A DNA stretch of 64,000 bases from Spironucleus salmonicida. Taxonomy: Eukaryota. The notes beneath the pieces are model-generated. The model was not told the DNA's origin and did no database searches. It saw only the letters and a program-made list of their open reading frames with translations. Of the stretch, positions 61,457 through 64,000 are shown piece by piece (the first letter of the stretch is position 1; the number at the start of each line of letters is the position of its first letter). The stretch lies in contig NC_090599.1 of NCBI RefSeq assembly GCF_000497125.1, forward strand, positions 744,001-808,000. Direction: 5' to 3'. A program made the translations under genes and the position numbers.

Positions 61457-62016
61457 GCGCGTCACTCTCCCTCGCCCAAGCTACAGAGCCCTGCCGGCGG
61501 CCCAGGACAGTCTGGGCGGTACAGGTTGACACGGGCCGCTCGAGTGCTTGGTTATCCGGCGCGGCGCCTGCCATGATATCGCTCAGAGTGGGTGGGGTTT
61601 TGGCGGCCCACGCTGGAGAAGGCATTGCACGTGGGCAGCTCCGCAGAGGAGTGCGGCCTATCTGCAGCTTCGTCGTACGGCATAGTGGAGAACCTGCTGC
61701 CGGGCCTGGTAATTGCCCCAGATGCGGTACTGGTCGGCAGCACCCCAGACGGGCCCTCGGTGAGTGTGTTTTACTTTTTCTACACCCCGAAACGCAGTAC
61801 CGAACATACATGTCCGCGTGCGATCGAGGATACTTCACCATCCTTCTGGCCGGAAAGCCCGTTGTTGCAGTGGGGAGGTGCCCTGCTCCTGTTCAGAAGC
61901 TGATAAGCTAGCGCTGCTTCCTTGTCCTAGTATGGGAGGGAATGCGCCTGGATTCGCCAAGGCCCTAGCACCAGGCCTCCCGAGCCGCACTATATCCGCT
62001 TCCCGCTCGACTGTAA

Positions 62017-62997
62017 ATGGCGCTCCAGCCAGCTCAGCCGAAAGCTCAGCACCCGACAGTTCGCGGCAAAAGGAAGAAAGGGGTCATGATCACCGCGATC
62101 GTCCCCGCGTGGCAGTGCGACCTGCCGGAGCAGATCGCGTACGACGCCCAGCGGATCATCCTCAACACCTCCACGCCGGCCCCTTGCCCCCCTGGCGAGC
62201 TGGTCCGCAACGGCTTCCGGCAGCACCAGGCGCTGGCCCGGCGGCTGAAGCGGGACTACGTGGACTCGGGCTTCGTCTCCGCGCGCTTCGACCCCGCGGA
62301 GGTGGGGCTGCGGTCCACGAACACCAGCCGCACGCGCGCGTCCCTGCTGGGCCAGCTCGCGGTCCTCTTCCCGGGCACCGCCCAGTTCCGCGTGGACACC
62401 GCGGAGAGCCTCGCGGACGGCTACCACCCGCCGTACCCGTGCCCGTGGCAGGCGGCGTTCCAGGAGGCCAACTACGTCACGCACGCCTCGCTGTTCCCCC
62501 TGAAGGCGGAGCTTGATCAGGTCAATGCTGCTCTTAAGACTCCTAACTTTGACTGGAATCGCATTTGGGATGCGCTGCGTGCCATAACGGGGCGCGGGGA
62601 TCCTTTGCCTGCCATAGTAACAAATAGCACCTACTAGAAAATCGAAGCCGCGAACGACATGTACTGGAAGCAGTGGTTCTGCAGCGCGGACCAGACCAAC
62701 GCCACGAAGGTCGTCAAGATGAACGTGGGGCCCGTGTTCGCGGACATCATCCACAAGCTGACCGCGGACAGCCGCAAGCTCCACCTCGTCACGGCCCACG
62801 ACACGACTCTCGCACCCCTGATGGCCGTGCTCACCAACGGCAGCTGGGACTGCGGCCAGCCCGGCTTCGCGGCGGACGTCCAGATCGAGCTGCACCAGCA
62901 GGACCTGGTGCGCGTGCGGTACCTCGGGCGCCGGTCACGACGCTGCACTGCGCGGCCCAGACCTTCTGCCGCCTCGATGAGTTCACGAGCCTGCTGA
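62017..62997 (+). pseudogene. Second deleted acid phosphatase copy, with an extra 1-nt deletion near 62927
   Basis: GGG here versus GGGG in the other two copies; the shifted frame stops at TGA 62995-62997. Confidence 0.75.
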
Positions 62998-63461
62998 GCG
63001 CATACCAGACGACGGGCAGCGCAGAGTTGACCTGTGTTACAGCCCGCTCGGCCGGTGAAGGGATACTTTACTATTTTCTGCACGGCGGACGTCCCTACCT
63101 CCGCTGCAGAGACGGGGACGTCAGCGAACGGCAACCCTTAAGGGCAGGTGGGCGCTCCCGGCCGGCGGGCTTCTGCAGGGAGGCATGTAATCTGGCCCAG
63201 TCGCGCTCCTCAGCGAACACAGGGTGCAGCAGGGGCCGATTCCGGACATACGTAAATTCCCACGCCGCAGTCGAAGAAACTAGAGAAGCTCAAATATATA
63301 CTTTAGCGCAAGAATACTCGAGACTAGAATCTGCGGATACTCCCACATTTAGTAATTATATGGGCATACCCTATATACTCAAGAAACTACCCGCAGGCTA
63401 CAACAGTATATATGGCACCCAGGCACAATAACTGATGGGCACAACTCTCGCCCGCAGAATA

Positions 63462-64000
63462 ATGCTGGCCTTGCTCTTTGAGGCGGCGGTCTGCCCCAAG
63501 GCGGGCGCGCAGCTGAGTGGAGGAGTGCCGCAGTCCTAGCCTACCGTGCCGCTAGACAACCGATCCGCCCCCGCGCCTAACTGCTCGGCATCCACCGAGA
63601 CTGTGCCAACAGCAGCCCGCAGGTACCTGGCCGGCGCCGATGTAGAATCCCTGCTGGCGGAGGTTCGCCATTTCTCGGACCTGCTGCTGCGCCGGAATTC
63701 TCTCCGCAGCGGCAGCGCGGTGTTTACGGCAATGGCGCGGCGTTCTACCGTAGCGTAGACCATGCCAGTTGGGAAGCAGCCGGCCGCGGTCCAGACAACC
63801 CTCGTCGGCACAACCGCCGGCTGGAAGGAGAATCCCCCGAGCTGCCCTGCCGGCTCCCCGCCCTAGACTCTAGAGCAGATGCGCGACTTCCGCGCGCAGC
63901 TTGCCCGAGACCGAACCTTGCGGCTCGGACCAGCTCTGGACTGGTAGCTGACGGACTCCTCTCGCTGGAAATAGGCGTCCACGCCGGTAACCTTGTCTGC
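63462..64000 (+). CDS. 5' part of the hypothetical type-I membrane protein, copy 2 (partial)
   Basis: Mirror of the 54530 start; open to the window edge. Confidence 0.55.

Larger units (their letters stand above)
60798..64000. repeat. Inverted duplication 2, right arm (runs off the window)
   Basis: Reverse complement of 53992-57195. Confidence 0.97.

Overview
Eukaryotic, apparently intron-less, gene-dense DNA in the hexamitid diplomonad nuclear code (TAA/TAG = Gln, TGA the only stop). The C-rich pre-ATG motifs and AG-TGA gene ends resemble Spironucleus; the species is inferred, not proven. The supplied ORF track uses the wrong code: many listed ORFs are fragments of longer genes and several real genes are missing, so I re-read the frames by hand. 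Recognisable genes: ARMC4/ODAD2-like, TPR protein, RPL18A, biotin-protein ligase, PAP2 phosphatase, gamma-SNAP-like, RPF2, LZTFL1-like, MATE-like transporter, PP2C, small Myb, Efm7/NNT1-like methyltransferase, histidine acid phosphatase, PPPDE peptidase, RPL31, tRNA-Met and a Mn-type CDF transporter. Two large, near-identical inverted duplications dominate the window: 12803-20516 / 21773-29485, and <=53992-57195 / 60798->=64000. The second is a mosaic of blocks also found at 37.8-39.2 kb and 45.5-46.4 kb, and it encloses a 956-aa tail-anchored protein built on about 88 copies of a 24-bp repeat. Also found by hand: a four-member family of small putatively N-myristoylated proteins, a cluster of tail-anchored proteins, an intact plus pseudogenised pair of surface-type proteins, and an acid phosphatase copy whose anchor and catalytic motif are removed by an in-frame deletion. 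All identifications come from motif recognition, not database searches.
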